Origin: a phage
Length of the DNA stretch: 64,000 nt
Direction: 5' to 3' (one strand)
NCBI GenBank assembly: GCA_018175075.1
Contig: GCA_018175075.1_4100.2
Shown: one piece after another, positions 17,907 through 27,205 of the stretch
Position numbering within the stretch: position 1 is the first letter of the stretch
Layout of the letters: every line of letters starts with the position of its first letter
Translations under genes and position numbers: made by a program
The notes under the pieces: model-generated
What the model was told of the DNA's origin: nothing
The model's input: the letters and a program-made list of their open reading frames with translations, nothing else
The model's database searches: none

Positions 17907-19105
17907 TGGATTTTCCAGAGAAGTTATTTGTTGCACGTTCCTATGTAAACCACAACCAAGTTGATGGTTTTATTATCGATGCAACAAGATCACATACAAA
18001 AGCGTTTGAAACAAAGAAAGAGAGAGCAGAGTACTGGGCAAAGAAGAACAATCTTCCATCGTTATATATTGACAACGTTCCAACTACTGGATTTTGTGTA
18101 GTTGATAAATTAACAATTCATGCACGAGAAACATATTTCACAATCCGTCACCCAGAAGGATTTGAATTTATGATTAGTGCCAAAAACATGAATGATTTAA
18201 TTATCAATAACGATATAATCAAAGGTGTTTTTGTAGACCCAATGTTTTTCAACAATAACTTAGAATTAATTAATGGTAAAACAAAAACATTTGCTAAGTT
18301 AGTTGAAAAAGAAAATAAAAAAGAACAACAAAAAGAAACTGTAGCAGGTCTTAAAGTTGGTGATGGTTTCACGTATCTCAAAGAAGATTACTATTACTGC
18401 GGTAAAGTACATGCAATTTGTATAAAGAAAACTAAAGAATTTGCATACCCCGACAAAAGTTCTGTTTATCATTTACTTTTTAACAGTACTCGTGGAACTT
18501 ATGCATTGAATCAACGTTTGGATAATTACAATCTTGAACCTCGTGCACTCCTGAATAAGAAGACTACGGCAGATGAAGAAATTAAACTTGCTAATGAATT
18601 TTGGCAAAGCTATAGAACAAACAGACATAACCCATTAGGTGAATCTAATATTCCAGTACTGGTACACAATAAATCATTTAAAGCAAAAGACCTTAAAATT
18701 AAATACGAAGAAATAAATGTTGATGATCTTATGAATAATGGACGTTTCAACGAGAACGTACCATTTATGACTAAAGATAATGAACAAACATATCGCGTAT
18801 TTTTTGGTGTAAGTAATAATACAACGCGTAGTTATTATGGGCGTAGTGGAGATTATAATATCCATTATAATGATAAATTTGAACGCTTTAGTGCATATCC
18901 AGTTCAAATTGATGATAATGGGATTATGGTAATGGATGTTGATATTAATGAACACTCATCATTTAGTACATGGAATGGCTATCGTTCCCCATTCTTCCCA
19001 CCAAATGAACGCAAAACATCAAGCACTCGTTACTACCAAGACAAACCATGTCACGTCCAACTATCAATTAGTAATCCACTTTATATTGGAAAGTATTATC
19101 TATAA
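17903..19105 (+). CDS. hypothetical protein (400 aa)
   Basis: ORF immediately upstream of DNA ligase. Confidence 0.55.
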   Translation: MMDFPEKLFVARSYVNHNQVDGFIIDATRSHTKAFETKKERAEYWAKKNNLPSLYIDNVPTTGFCVVDKLTIHARETYFTIRHPEGFEFMISAKNMNDLIINNDIIKGVFVDPMFFNNNLELINGKTKTFAKLVEKENKKEQQKETVAGLKVGDGFTYLKEDYYYCGKVHAICIKKTKEFAYPDKSSVYHLLFNSTRGTYALNQRLDNYNLEPRALLNKKTTADEEIKLANEFWQSYRTNRHNPLGESNIPVLVHNKSFKAKDLKIKYEEINVDDLMNNGRFNENVPFMTKDNEQTYRVFFGVSNNTTRSYYGRSGDYNIHYNDKFERFSAYPVQIDDNGIMVMDVDINEHSSFSTWNGYRSPFFPPNERKTSSTRYYQDKPCHVQLSISNPLYIGKYYL

Positions 19106-19116
19106 AGGAATATACA

Positions 19117-20535
19117 ATGAGCATTTTAGCAATTCTTGAAAGCATTAAAAATACTAGCAGTACACTAGGCAAAAAAGCTATTCTTGAACAAAATAAAGAT
19201 AATGTAACTTTACAAAAAGTACTGAAATATACACTAGACCCTTCTATCGTTAGTGGCTATAAGAAGCTCCCTGCCGCTGATGACGTATATCAACATATGA
19301 CGTTAGATGAAGCAATTGATAAGCTAGAATGCATTTACAAGCGTGATGTGACAGGAAATGCGGGGCGTGATTTCATTGCTTCAGTACTGGGTTCAGTATC
19401 AGAAGATGATCAAGAAGTTCTCCGTAAAATGCTTACTAAAAACCTTGATTGTGGTATTCAAGAAAAGAACTGCAATGATGTATTTGGTAAAGGCTTTATT
19501 AAAGACGAACCATATATGCGTTGTTCTTTGATTGACAAAAAGACTGCAAAGAACATCAACTTCAAAGATTATGGTTACGCTATATCAGAAGTGAAAATGG
19601 ATGGTCAGTACTTGAACCACGTTGTCATTAATGGTTCATTAACTTCTACATCCCGTAATGGTAAACTATACGACTTCCTGGGTTGTCGTGATGGTGAGAT
19701 GGCAGGTCTTGCTCACATCATCCAAAGTAAAGATGAACGTTTTAGTAGTGGTGTAGTCTTTATGGGTGAAGGTGTAGTACTGGACAATGATGGAGAAACC
19801 ATTCTCCCACGCACTACTGGCAATGGTATAATTCAGAAAGCTGGAAAAGATAGTATCAGTCAGAATGAAGCAATGCGTACTGTATTTGTTCTATGGGATG
19901 TTGTTCCATATGATGCATTTTGTGAAGGTGTATGGGATGTAAAACGTAAAGAACGTCGCGAGATCTTAGTAGATGCAATTAACGAACTCAGTAGTGATTT
20001 TGTTCGTATGGTTGGATTCCGTAAAGTTCTAAACATCAAAGAAGCATTTGAGTACAATAGTGAACTAATGAGCGTAGGTGAAGAGGGTTCAGTACTGAAA
20101 TGTGAAGATGGTATCTGGAAATCTCACACTTCTCCTAAGCAATTGAAAATGAAACTCAAAATGCAACTGGACTTGCGTATTGTTGGTTTCAATGAAGGTG
20201 AAGGTAAGCGTAAAGGTAGCCTTGGTTCTTTACAACTGGAAAGTGCTTGTGGTACATTGAAAGTTAATGTAGGTACTGGAATTAAAGAGAAAGACGCAGA
20301 ATGGACGTTTAAAACCATTTGGGAAAGAATGCAAGAACTCATCGGTCAAGTAGTAACAGTAGAGTGCAATGATATTGTATTCGATAAGCGTACTGGTGAG
20401 CCATCACTGTTCTTACCAGTGTTTATTGAATTTAGATTTGACAAAAACACTTGTGATGATTATACTCGTATCTTAGAAATTCGTGAGAGTGCAGTTGAAG
20501 TGTTCTCAAACAGTATTATTGACGCATTAGGTTAA
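19117..20535 (+). CDS. ATP-dependent DNA ligase (T4 gp30-like)
   Basis: N-terminus resembles T4 DNA ligase (KQKQAILEKNKDN in T4 vs GKKAILEQNKDN here); KxDG-type motif EVKMDGQ; RBS AAGGA. Confidence 0.85.
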   Translation: MSILAILESIKNTSSTLGKKAILEQNKDNVTLQKVLKYTLDPSIVSGYKKLPAADDVYQHMTLDEAIDKLECIYKRDVTGNAGRDFIASVLGSVSEDDQEVLRKMLTKNLDCGIQEKNCNDVFGKGFIKDEPYMRCSLIDKKTAKNINFKDYGYAISEVKMDGQYLNHVVINGSLTSTSRNGKLYDFLGCRDGEMAGLAHIIQSKDERFSSGVVFMGEGVVLDNDGETILPRTTGNGIIQKAGKDSISQNEAMRTVFVLWDVVPYDAFCEGVWDVKRKERREILVDAINELSSDFVRMVGFRKVLNIKEAFEYNSELMSVGEEGSVLKCEDGIWKSHTSPKQLKMKLKMQLDLRIVGFNEGEGKRKGSLGSLQLESACGTLKVNVGTGIKEKDAEWTFKTIWERMQELIGQVVTVECNDIVFDKRTGEPSLFLPVFIEFRFDKNTCDDYTRILEIRESAVEVFSNSIIDALG

Positions 20536-20554
20536 CCATTTATTGGAGGTAATT

Positions 20555-21346
20555 ATGAAATTTGTTGTAACATCTGATGTACACGGTGGGACTGATTACC
20601 TCCATAGTGGTGATTACAGTGATACAGTACTGATTATTGCTGGGGACTTCGATGAAGTTAAACGCAGTCGTTACCGTACTGGTATCGAATCACTATGTAA
20701 GCAGTTTAAGAATGTAGTACTGGTTCCTGGCAATCATGAATATTATGGTTCCAATATCCACAAAACGCATAAAGTACTGTCCGATATACAAGATGAGATT
20801 CCAAATTTCATCTTTTTGCAAAACAAATTTGTATGGCTGGATGGAGTACTGCTTGTTGGTAGTACTCTGTGGACAGACTTCGATAAAGGTAATTCTTTGA
20901 CGAAGTTTGATGCTCGTCAGAAGATGAACGATTACAAACATATCCGTCATGGAACAACATCAGAGCCTTGGCGTAAGAAACTGACACCAGATGATACTGA
21001 GTTTATGCATCACAAAGATAAACAATTTATCAAAAATTCTATTGACACAGTTCGCTTTATGCATGATAATGATTTCAAGGTCATCGTGGTTACCCATCAC
21101 GCACCAAGTTATCAAAGTATTTCACCAAAATATAAAAATGATTCACTGAATGGTTGTTACTGTTCCGATATGGATCAGTACATTGAAGATTTGGGTGCTG
21201 ATGTTTGGATTCATGGTCATGTTCATAGTAGCTTTGACTACCACATTGGTAAGACACGTATCATTTGTAATCCACGAGGCTATGAATCATACAGTGGAGC
21301 TTGTGAGAATTTTGATTACAATCCTAAATTTGTATTTGAAATTTAA
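20555..21346 (+). CDS. calcineurin-like metallophosphoesterase
   Basis: SDVHGG, AGDFDE, GNHEYY, GHVH motifs; start at ATG 20555 after GGAGG. Confidence 0.75.
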   Translation: MKFVVTSDVHGGTDYLHSGDYSDTVLIIAGDFDEVKRSRYRTGIESLCKQFKNVVLVPGNHEYYGSNIHKTHKVLSDIQDEIPNFIFLQNKFVWLDGVLLVGSTLWTDFDKGNSLTKFDARQKMNDYKHIRHGTTSEPWRKKLTPDDTEFMHHKDKQFIKNSIDTVRFMHDNDFKVIVVTHHAPSYQSISPKYKNDSLNGCYCSDMDQYIEDLGADVWIHGHVHSSFDYHIGKTRIICNPRGYESYSGACENFDYNPKFVFEI

Positions 21347-21358
21347 TGAGAGGATATT

Positions 21359-21742
21359 GTGTCATTAATTTATTTTGAACTACCAGAATATACCAATTAT
21401 CCAAGCCGAGTTATTTGCTCAGTTTATAGTAATGCATATCATCACTTGTTAGTGAATAGTAATAAAGCTGTGCATTATTATCGAAATAAAGAACCACGTA
21501 CATTAAAGAATCGTTATGGTTTTGACCCAACTAACACTGAAGTTGAACTCTGTGATCTGTTTGGGGAAGTAATGGTGGTGTTGAAACGAGATATTCATCT
21601 TTTCCATACATACAAACTTAATCAGTACTTTATGGAAACACTGTCTATACGTTCCCATGCTCCGATGATTAAAGTTGATTTGAATTATGTTGATGATAAA
21701 TTGAAATATGATTTTATAAATTCACTTGTTTATTTGGAGTAA
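21359..21742 (+). CDS. hypothetical protein
   Basis: GTG start after GAGAGGA. Confidence 0.45.
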   Translation: MSLIYFELPEYTNYPSRVICSVYSNAYHHLLVNSNKAVHYYRNKEPRTLKNRYGFDPTNTEVELCDLFGEVMVVLKRDIHLFHTYKLNQYFMETLSIRSHAPMIKVDLNYVDDKLKYDFINSLVYLE

Positions 21743-21743
21743 T

Positions 21744-22148
21744 ATGAATATACGTTCAGTACGAATATTTTCATTTGTTGACATGAATGAAAAACACTCT
21801 TATGTGTTTGAAACTGTCAATAAGTTAAATCCTCATACGGCAAAAATGATTGAAACCATGAAGATCTTGAGTTTGCATATAGAAGTTTACTATCTTCATG
21901 ACGATTCTGTTTTTGTATATGATGATGGATGGTATGACGGTGTGTTTTATGATGACATTAGCACTACTGCTGATTACTACTTTCTAGTGAGTAATCCACT
22001 ATTCAGTACTAAAACTTTGTTTGACATTACCGATACAAGCGTGTATGATACAAGTCATGTTGAGTTACTTAAGTTTGATCCAGTATTATTCAACAAAGAG
22101 ACGGCGTATTGGATGACTGATTTCTTTTCAAATATTCCAGTAAAATAG
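21744..22148 (+). CDS. hypothetical protein
   Basis: ORF; start at ATG 21744 after GGAGT. Confidence 0.45.
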   Translation: MNIRSVRIFSFVDMNEKHSYVFETVNKLNPHTAKMIETMKILSLHIEVYYLHDDSVFVYDDGWYDGVFYDDISTTADYYFLVSNPLFSTKTLFDITDTSVYDTSHVELLKFDPVLFNKETAYWMTDFFSNIPVK

Positions 22149-22149
22149 T

Positions 22150-22178
22150 TTGGACATTTTAAATCTTAGTGATATAAT
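22150..22178 (+). promoter_or_regulatory. sigma70-like early promoter upstream of clpP
   Basis: -35-like TTGGAC/TGGACA at 22150-22156; extended -10 TGATATAAT at 22170-22178. Confidence 0.55.
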
Positions 22179-22212
22179 ACTCACAACAACGAAATAATAG
22201 AGGAAATTAATA

Positions 22213-22908
22213 ATGGTTGAACAATTCATGTTTGGTGGTTATGCTAATGGCGAAGTACGTAACATTTCTATTCCTTACGTAGTTGAGAAAGTTAATGGTT
22301 CAGAACGTACATATGATCTAGCATCTCGTATGATGCAAGACCGTATCATTTTCCTTGATACTGATTTCAATGATCAAATGGCACATATCATCAAACAACA
22401 ATTGGTATGGTTAGACTCACAAGGTGATTCCCCTATTACATTCTACATTAGTTCACCGGGTGGTTCAGTACACGCAGGTTTGGGTATTGCAGATGTTGCT
22501 AAGTCTTGTATTTCCCCAATTCGCACTGTAGTTATGGGTTATGCAGCATCAATGGGTTGCTATACACAATCTGTTATTGGGACTAAAGGTTTCCGTTTAG
22601 GTGGTAAACGCTCATACTTCATGTGTCACCAAGTAAGTTCTGGTACACAAGGTCTAATTACTGACCAGAAGATTTCACTTAAACATTCTGATGCCCTAAA
22701 CACTCTATTGACTAAAGAAATTGCAGAAGCAGTTGGTGTATCACACGAACAACTACTGAAAGATGCGGATCGTGACCTGTGGTTGAACGCTGAAGAAGCA
22801 CTCGAATACGGTGAACATGGTTTCATTGATGGTATCATCCTCGGACCACGCAACGAAGAAGGTAAGTATCTCGTCAAACGTCGCGGTGGCGTTGAAGAGT
22901 GGGTCTAA
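22213..22908 (+). CDS. clpP: ClpP-family serine protease
   Basis: ISSPGGSVHAG, catalytic GYAASMG and CHQ motifs; RBS GAGGAA. Confidence 0.75.
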   Translation: MVEQFMFGGYANGEVRNISIPYVVEKVNGSERTYDLASRMMQDRIIFLDTDFNDQMAHIIKQQLVWLDSQGDSPITFYISSPGGSVHAGLGIADVAKSCISPIRTVVMGYAASMGCYTQSVIGTKGFRLGGKRSYFMCHQVSSGTQGLITDQKISLKHSDALNTLLTKEIAEAVGVSHEQLLKDADRDLWLNAEEALEYGEHGFIDGIILGPRNEEGKYLVKRRGGVEEWV

Positions 22909-22920
22909 TTTGAATTTCAT

Positions 22921-22950
22921 TTGATGCCTCATTTGGGGCATCTTATTTCT
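22921..22950 (+). terminator. possible attenuator/terminator hairpin
   Basis: Hairpin GATGCC...GGCATC followed by interrupted T-run. Confidence 0.35.
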
Positions 22951-22959
22951 GGAGATTTT

Positions 22960-23250
22960 ATGAAAGTTCTTGTACGTAATAATACTGAAGTCAATGATGT
23001 GTTAGATGATTCAGAGTTTATTAATACCGCATTAGATCAGATTAGTGCAGTGGCTATTGAATTGAAAGGTGTTGACGAGGCAGAACGAGTACTCAATGGT
23101 TTTTCTATTGTTCTCGAATTAATGCAAGAAGTTCTTATTAAAAAGAACATTAATCCAATTAACGCAGTTCAACACGCAGAAGCTATGCGTCAAGAACATG
23201 GCACATTCTCAGATAAAAAATTCATCAGTACTGACGAGGGGAAAGAATAA
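22960..23250 (+). CDS. hypothetical protein
   Basis: ORF; start at ATG 22960 after GGAG. Confidence 0.45.
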   Translation: MKVLVRNNTEVNDVLDDSEFINTALDQISAVAIELKGVDEAERVLNGFSIVLELMQEVLIKKNINPINAVQHAEAMRQEHGTFSDKKFISTDEGKE

Positions 23251-23251
23251 T

Positions 23252-23698
23252 ATGTCTAATGCACAATACAAAGAAGGTTCTGCCGCGTTTAAAAACAAAG
23301 TAGTTTTTAACAATGAACAGCTAAAATCACAGCACCCATTATTCCGTCAAGGATATCGTGCTGCACAAGCTGAAGCTATGAAGAAAAATAACGTAACCTT
23401 CCCAACAACTCTGTATGATATTCCCAAACGTCCTTCAGTGTTTAAAGCAGAATGGACTGACATTATGGCAGCAACTAAACGTCCTCGTTTTGCTAAACTT
23501 CACACTGATGAAGGTCGCTGGATGTTGATGGGTATTATGAAAGCAGTTGAGAAACAGGCACATACTATTGTTCGTTACAAAGACGTTGTAGCTATGGTTG
23601 ATAAAGCATTTGATCTTATTCTCCAGTACGGTTATGATGAAGGTGTACTAACTGTTTCCGATTGTGAGCAGTACCAGTACACTCCATTCCAGAAATAA
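23252..23698 (+). CDS. hypothetical protein
   Basis: ORF; start at internal ATG 23252. Confidence 0.45.
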   Translation: MSNAQYKEGSAAFKNKVVFNNEQLKSQHPLFRQGYRAAQAEAMKKNNVTFPTTLYDIPKRPSVFKAEWTDIMAATKRPRFAKLHTDEGRWMLMGIMKAVEKQAHTIVRYKDVVAMVDKAFDLILQYGYDEGVLTVSDCEQYQYTPFQK

Positions 23699-23704
23699 TT
23701 ACTT

Positions 23705-23733
23705 AGGGAATCTTTCATGATTCCCATTTTATT
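23705..23733 (+). terminator. intrinsic terminator
   Basis: Hairpin GGGAATC...GATTCCC plus T-rich tail. Confidence 0.6.
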
Positions 23734-23811
23734 TGCTGCATATCAAAAATTATTGATCAAAAATTGATCCATACAAGGTAAATACCCAAGGTGTAATTGT
23801 TAATAGGGTAG

Positions 23812-24018
23812 GTGGATATGCAGCAATATAATTTAACTGAAGAACAAAGTGATATTTTTTATCATCATATGTTTTTAATTGATGAGTTTGCTTTGAAAAT
23901 TAATTCTGAAGCAATTGATATATTGAAGAAATGGTATTCATATTATAATAAAAACAAAAAGTGGTATTGGTTTAATAGAAATTTAAAGTCATTTTTTAAA
24001 AACAATAACACAAGTTGA
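23812..24018 (+). CDS. small hypothetical protein
   Basis: ORF. Confidence 0.4.
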   Translation: MDMQQYNLTEEQSDIFYHHMFLIDEFALKINSEAIDILKKWYSYYNKNKKWYWFNRNLKSFFKNNNTS

Positions 24019-24028
24019 TAGTGTAGAA

Positions 24029-24367
24029 ATGATACATAGTTCAATTGGATATAGTTATTTGACTAAACACAATAATACTATGATGTTATCCGGTTTTAAA
24101 GTTGAAAGAATTTCAAAGCTTACAGGTTTATCATTAAAAACAATTTTATATGATATAGAAAAGATTTGGAAAACTATAGAATTCATGCACAAAAATATGT
24201 CATTCATATATAGAAATTATGATATATTCACTGAGGTACGTCAATATCATAATAAACCTTATGTATTGAATGAAAAGTACTATAATCATATGGAAGTTTG
24301 TTCTAAACTCGTTGATGATTGGAATCTAGAGGGACATAATGAAATACACACACATAAGTATAGATGA
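24029..24367 (+). CDS. hypothetical protein
   Basis: ORF. Confidence 0.45.
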   Translation: MIHSSIGYSYLTKHNNTMMLSGFKVERISKLTGLSLKTILYDIEKIWKTIEFMHKNMSFIYRNYDIFTEVRQYHNKPYVLNEKYYNHMEVCSKLVDDWNLEGHNEIHTHKYR

Positions 24368-24863
24368 TACTAATATCTGGTTAGATAACATAATCAAGAC
24401 ATTAGAATTAATTAAACTTACATTACAAAAAACTACTGATATTGAAATTAATATTAAACAAGAAATATTAAACTATTATCATAGAAACAAATATAGCACG
24501 TTTATCTCTAAATTAATTTATGGATTATATGATATTGAAGATATTTGCATCGGTTACAGTACTGGTATTTGCTTCACTGTTAATGGTTTAAAAAATGATT
24601 TAAATTTCAGACTTTCCGATGAAGAGCAAGATTTTCGTAGATTTTGTGATAATATTATGGATACAGACAAAATTACATTTGTGATTGAATTAAATCAAAC
24701 ATGGTCTACATATGCAGATAAACCATTTGAAATTAATGAAACAGATGTGTTAAACTATATTCGAGTTATGAAAATTCATGATTTGTGTAAAAACGCATTG
24801 TTAAGTATTGGAGCTTATAATGAAACATACGACTTGGTTGAAGATAGCAGAAGTAGTTGCTGA
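24339..24863 (+). CDS. hypothetical protein
   Basis: ORF; 3' end overlaps cd start, boundary uncertain. Confidence 0.45.
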   Translation: MKYTHISIDDTNIWLDNIIKTLELIKLTLQKTTDIEINIKQEILNYYHRNKYSTFISKLIYGLYDIEDICIGYSTGICFTVNGLKNDLNFRLSDEEQDFRRFCDNIMDTDKITFVIELNQTWSTYADKPFEINETDVLNYIRVMKIHDLCKNALLSIGAYNETYDLVEDSRSSC

Positions 24864-25299
24864 GGAAAGTAAATGTATTTCACAAAAAGTTGGTTGTGTT
24901 ATTGTTAAAAATAATAGAGTATTGAGTACTGGATACAATGGAACGCCATCTAAGCAGCCAAACTGTTGTGATGTAAATCAACATTTAGTGAACGATGGTC
25001 GTTTTCAAGACTGGGTTGATGATGCAGCAAAACATGAACATCATGAGTGGAGTAATATTCATGAGATCCATGCAGAGATGAACGCTTTACTGTATAGTTC
25101 TCCGACTGAACGCCAAGGAGCAACTCTTTACACAACTCTACAACCATGCTATACTTGTTCTAAGTTAATCGCAGGTAGTGGGATTACCCGTGTAATTTAT
25201 CACAAAAGTTATCCACGAACACCACCTGAAGCGATTAAAGTACTGGAAGATGCTGGGATTATTGTTAACTGCATTTATGACAAGGGTATGAATCAATGA
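24820..25299 (+). CDS. cd: dCMP deaminase
   Basis: HAEMNAL and PCYTCSKLI zinc-binding deaminase motifs; start at ATG 24820. Confidence 0.8.
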   Translation: MKHTTWLKIAEVVAEESKCISQKVGCVIVKNNRVLSTGYNGTPSKQPNCCDVNQHLVNDGRFQDWVDDAAKHEHHEWSNIHEIHAEMNALLYSSPTERQGATLYTTLQPCYTCSKLIAGSGITRVIYHKSYPRTPPEAIKVLEDAGIIVNCIYDKGMNQ

Positions 25300-25550
25300 C
25301 ATTTATGATTGTTGGATTTCTATCAATATTAGTATTATTTTTTATAACAGTAATGTTTGTTATTGATGATAATGACATTTCTCAACGAAACTATGAAGTG
25401 CGTTTTTCTGCACAAAATAATAAGTACTATATTGTAAACTGTATACACCGTAGTGAGAAAAGGGTAACAAGTAGATTTGGATTTACCATTTATTATAAAG
25501 ACCGAGTAGAAGCTGACATGATTTGTCAGAAGCTTAATACTGTAGAATAA
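25296..25550 (+). CDS. small membrane protein
   Basis: N-terminal hydrophobic segment; followed by bidirectional terminator. Confidence 0.45.
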   Translation: MTFMIVGFLSILVLFFITVMFVIDDNDISQRNYEVRFSAQNNKYYIVNCIHRSEKRVTSRFGFTIYYKDRVEADMICQKLNTVE

Positions 25551-25578
25551 AAAAAGGAGCCACAAGGCTCCTTTTTTG
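25549..25578. terminator. bidirectional intrinsic terminator between convergent genes
   Basis: Hairpin GGAGCC...GGCTCC flanked by an A-run and a T-run. Confidence 0.65.
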
Positions 25579-25956
25579 TTAACCAGGGATGTTACAATAA
25601 TACAAATCCCAAGGGTGATATTTCATTTCTCCAGTACTCAATTTAATTTTATGAAACTGGAATGATTCGGCAAATGCACTATCATCAATCTTAATACAAA
25701 AAGTATTTTTTGCTAAAGTTGGTGCAATCTCTAGTGCAGTTTTAGATGCATCTAATCTGATTTTATCTTTATCAAAACTTGTTATAGTTACAAAACGATA
25801 AACATTAAAATCAGTGTCGATAAGATCGTAAACACAACTAGAACGTTGATTAAAGATGTTCAAGTTATATTTCAATTCACCGTTTATATTAGCGGCGGTT
25901 ACACAAAAGCCGCCGATATTGAATGGTAATTTACCTTGTGCTGCTATAGCTTTCAT
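25579..25956 (-). CDS. hypothetical protein (only substantial minus-strand gene in window)
   Basis: 125-aa ORF; minus-strand RBS AGAGGAAA upstream of ATG; convergent with plus-strand genes. Confidence 0.55.
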   Translation of the reverse strand: MKAIAAQGKLPFNIGGFCVTAANINGELKYNLNIFNQRSSCVYDLIDTDFNVYRFVTITSFDKDKIRLDASKTALEIAPTLAKNTFCIKIDDSAFAESFQFHKIKLSTGEMKYHPWDLYYCNIPG

Positions 25957-26084
25957 ATTTTATTTCCTCTTATTAATAAACAACTACTTTTACAGATTGT
26001 TGTACCTTTTATATTTACACCGTCAACTAAATATCCACCTAAAGTGAATGGAAATTGGTCTTGTCCTGCGATTGGTTTTCCCAT
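25955..26084 (-). CDS. upstream small ORF (43 aa) translationally coupled to 25579..25956
   Basis: Minus-strand ATG preceded by TAAGGAG; stop TGA overlaps the main ATG; peptide MGKPIAGQDQFPFTLGGYLV resembles the main protein N-terminus MKAIAAQGKLPFNIGGFCV. Confidence 0.4.
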
Positions 26085-26162
26085 TAAGGGCACTCCTTAT
26101 AAAAAAGCTTTACATTTGGTATGTGTTTGTGATAGAATCTTCACAGTGATTGTACTAAGGGG

Positions 26163-26190
26163 ATTATCAGATGAGGGAAATTTGAGTTAA
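26163..26190 (-). promoter_or_regulatory. candidate minus-strand promoter (TTAACT -16- GATAAT)
   Basis: Read on reverse complement; lies in divergent intergenic region. Confidence 0.3.
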
Positions 26191-26203
26191 GTACAGAAAA
26201 AGT

Positions 26204-26232
26204 TTGACTTAAGTGTTTAAGTACTATATTAT
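26204..26232 (+). promoter_or_regulatory. candidate sigma70-like promoter (TTGACT -17- TATTAT)
   Basis: -35 TTGACT at 26204-26209; flanked by TTAAGT(AC) repeats. Confidence 0.45.
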
Positions 26233-26265
26233 TTATATCTTCCTAACCAAAATTAAGGATTTGTT

Positions 26266-26874
26266 ATGAAAAGACTATGGCTTGAGGTAGTACAAGCAGT
26301 AATGCTTCTGATGTTGATAAATTTTCCAGCCAGTGCTGGTATTGAAAGTAAAAATGTGATAAAGTACAATCCTGAAACACGTAATGTATATTTCATCTCA
26401 GATATTACGGATGGGTCACTAAAGCGTATGATGGAGTTGTATGATAAAGAACACTATGATACCATTACCATCACATCGCCAGGTGGTGATTTTGATGCTG
26501 GGATTAAAATGGCAAACTTCGTTAGAGACAATGGTATAAATTTAATTGTTTCTAGGTATTGCAACTCAGCATGTACTGTGGTATTCTTCAGTGTAGCTTT
26601 TGAAAAGCGATACATGATAAATCGCTCAGTACTGGGTCTTCATAACATTTCGATTAAAAGTAATGTTACTGATGGTGATAATTCATTTGTGTCTGTAAGA
26701 CAGCTATCAACTTTTACCGAAGAAATGGCAACAAAGGTAGGTTTCCTTTTTTCACTATATGCAGCAAATGGAATCCCACCAGAAGTTCTATTTAGAGTTA
26801 GTCGTTCTCGTGGTGAAGATGTTGTAATATTAACAAAACCAGAACTGGTTTTTTACGGTTCAGTCAAACAATAA
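26266..26874 (+). CDS. secreted ClpP/S49-fold serine protease-like protein
   Basis: N-terminal signal peptide (hydrophobic core, AGI); ITSPGGDFDAG and NSAC motifs resembling the ClpP SPGG and Ser-site regions; a His is present. Confidence 0.5.
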   Translation: MKRLWLEVVQAVMLLMLINFPASAGIESKNVIKYNPETRNVYFISDITDGSLKRMMELYDKEHYDTITITSPGGDFDAGIKMANFVRDNGINLIVSRYCNSACTVVFFSVAFEKRYMINRSVLGLHNISIKSNVTDGDNSFVSVRQLSTFTEEMATKVGFLFSLYAANGIPPEVLFRVSRSRGEDVVILTKPELVFYGSVKQ

Positions 26875-26944
26875 AAATAATTAAAATAACAGGATGATTA
26901 TGATGTACTTCCTTTGTTATTAATTATATTGAGATTATATAACT

Positions 26945-27205
26945 ATGACAAACATCCAAAACTTGACATCTATTATTTTTTATGCTACTGTAGTAATGTA
27001 TGCTACAGTTATTTTTCTAACAGTTTTCATTTACAAAGATTATCGTAATGGCTTTATTGATCCAACTACAATGAAGTTCAATTCAAAATTCGAAGCAATA
27101 ATTTATTATGTACTATCAACTTCATACTTGGTGTGCCTAATGTTGTTAGGAGCACTAATTTATATCTTATACACAACATTATTTGCAATTGGAGCTATTT
27201 TATGA
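26945..27205 (+). CDS. small membrane protein
   Basis: Two hydrophobic segments. Confidence 0.45.
   Translation: MTNIQNLTSIIFYATVVMYATVIFLTVFIYKDYRNGFIDPTTMKFNSKFEAIIYYVLSTSYLVCLMLLGALIYILYTTLFAIGAIL

Noticed and set aside
25856-26190. Two short plus-strand ORFs over the minus-strand cassette
   Set aside because: They overlap the better-supported minus-strand gene and its upstream ORF, which have RBSs and a terminator; the plus-strand ORFs lack start context
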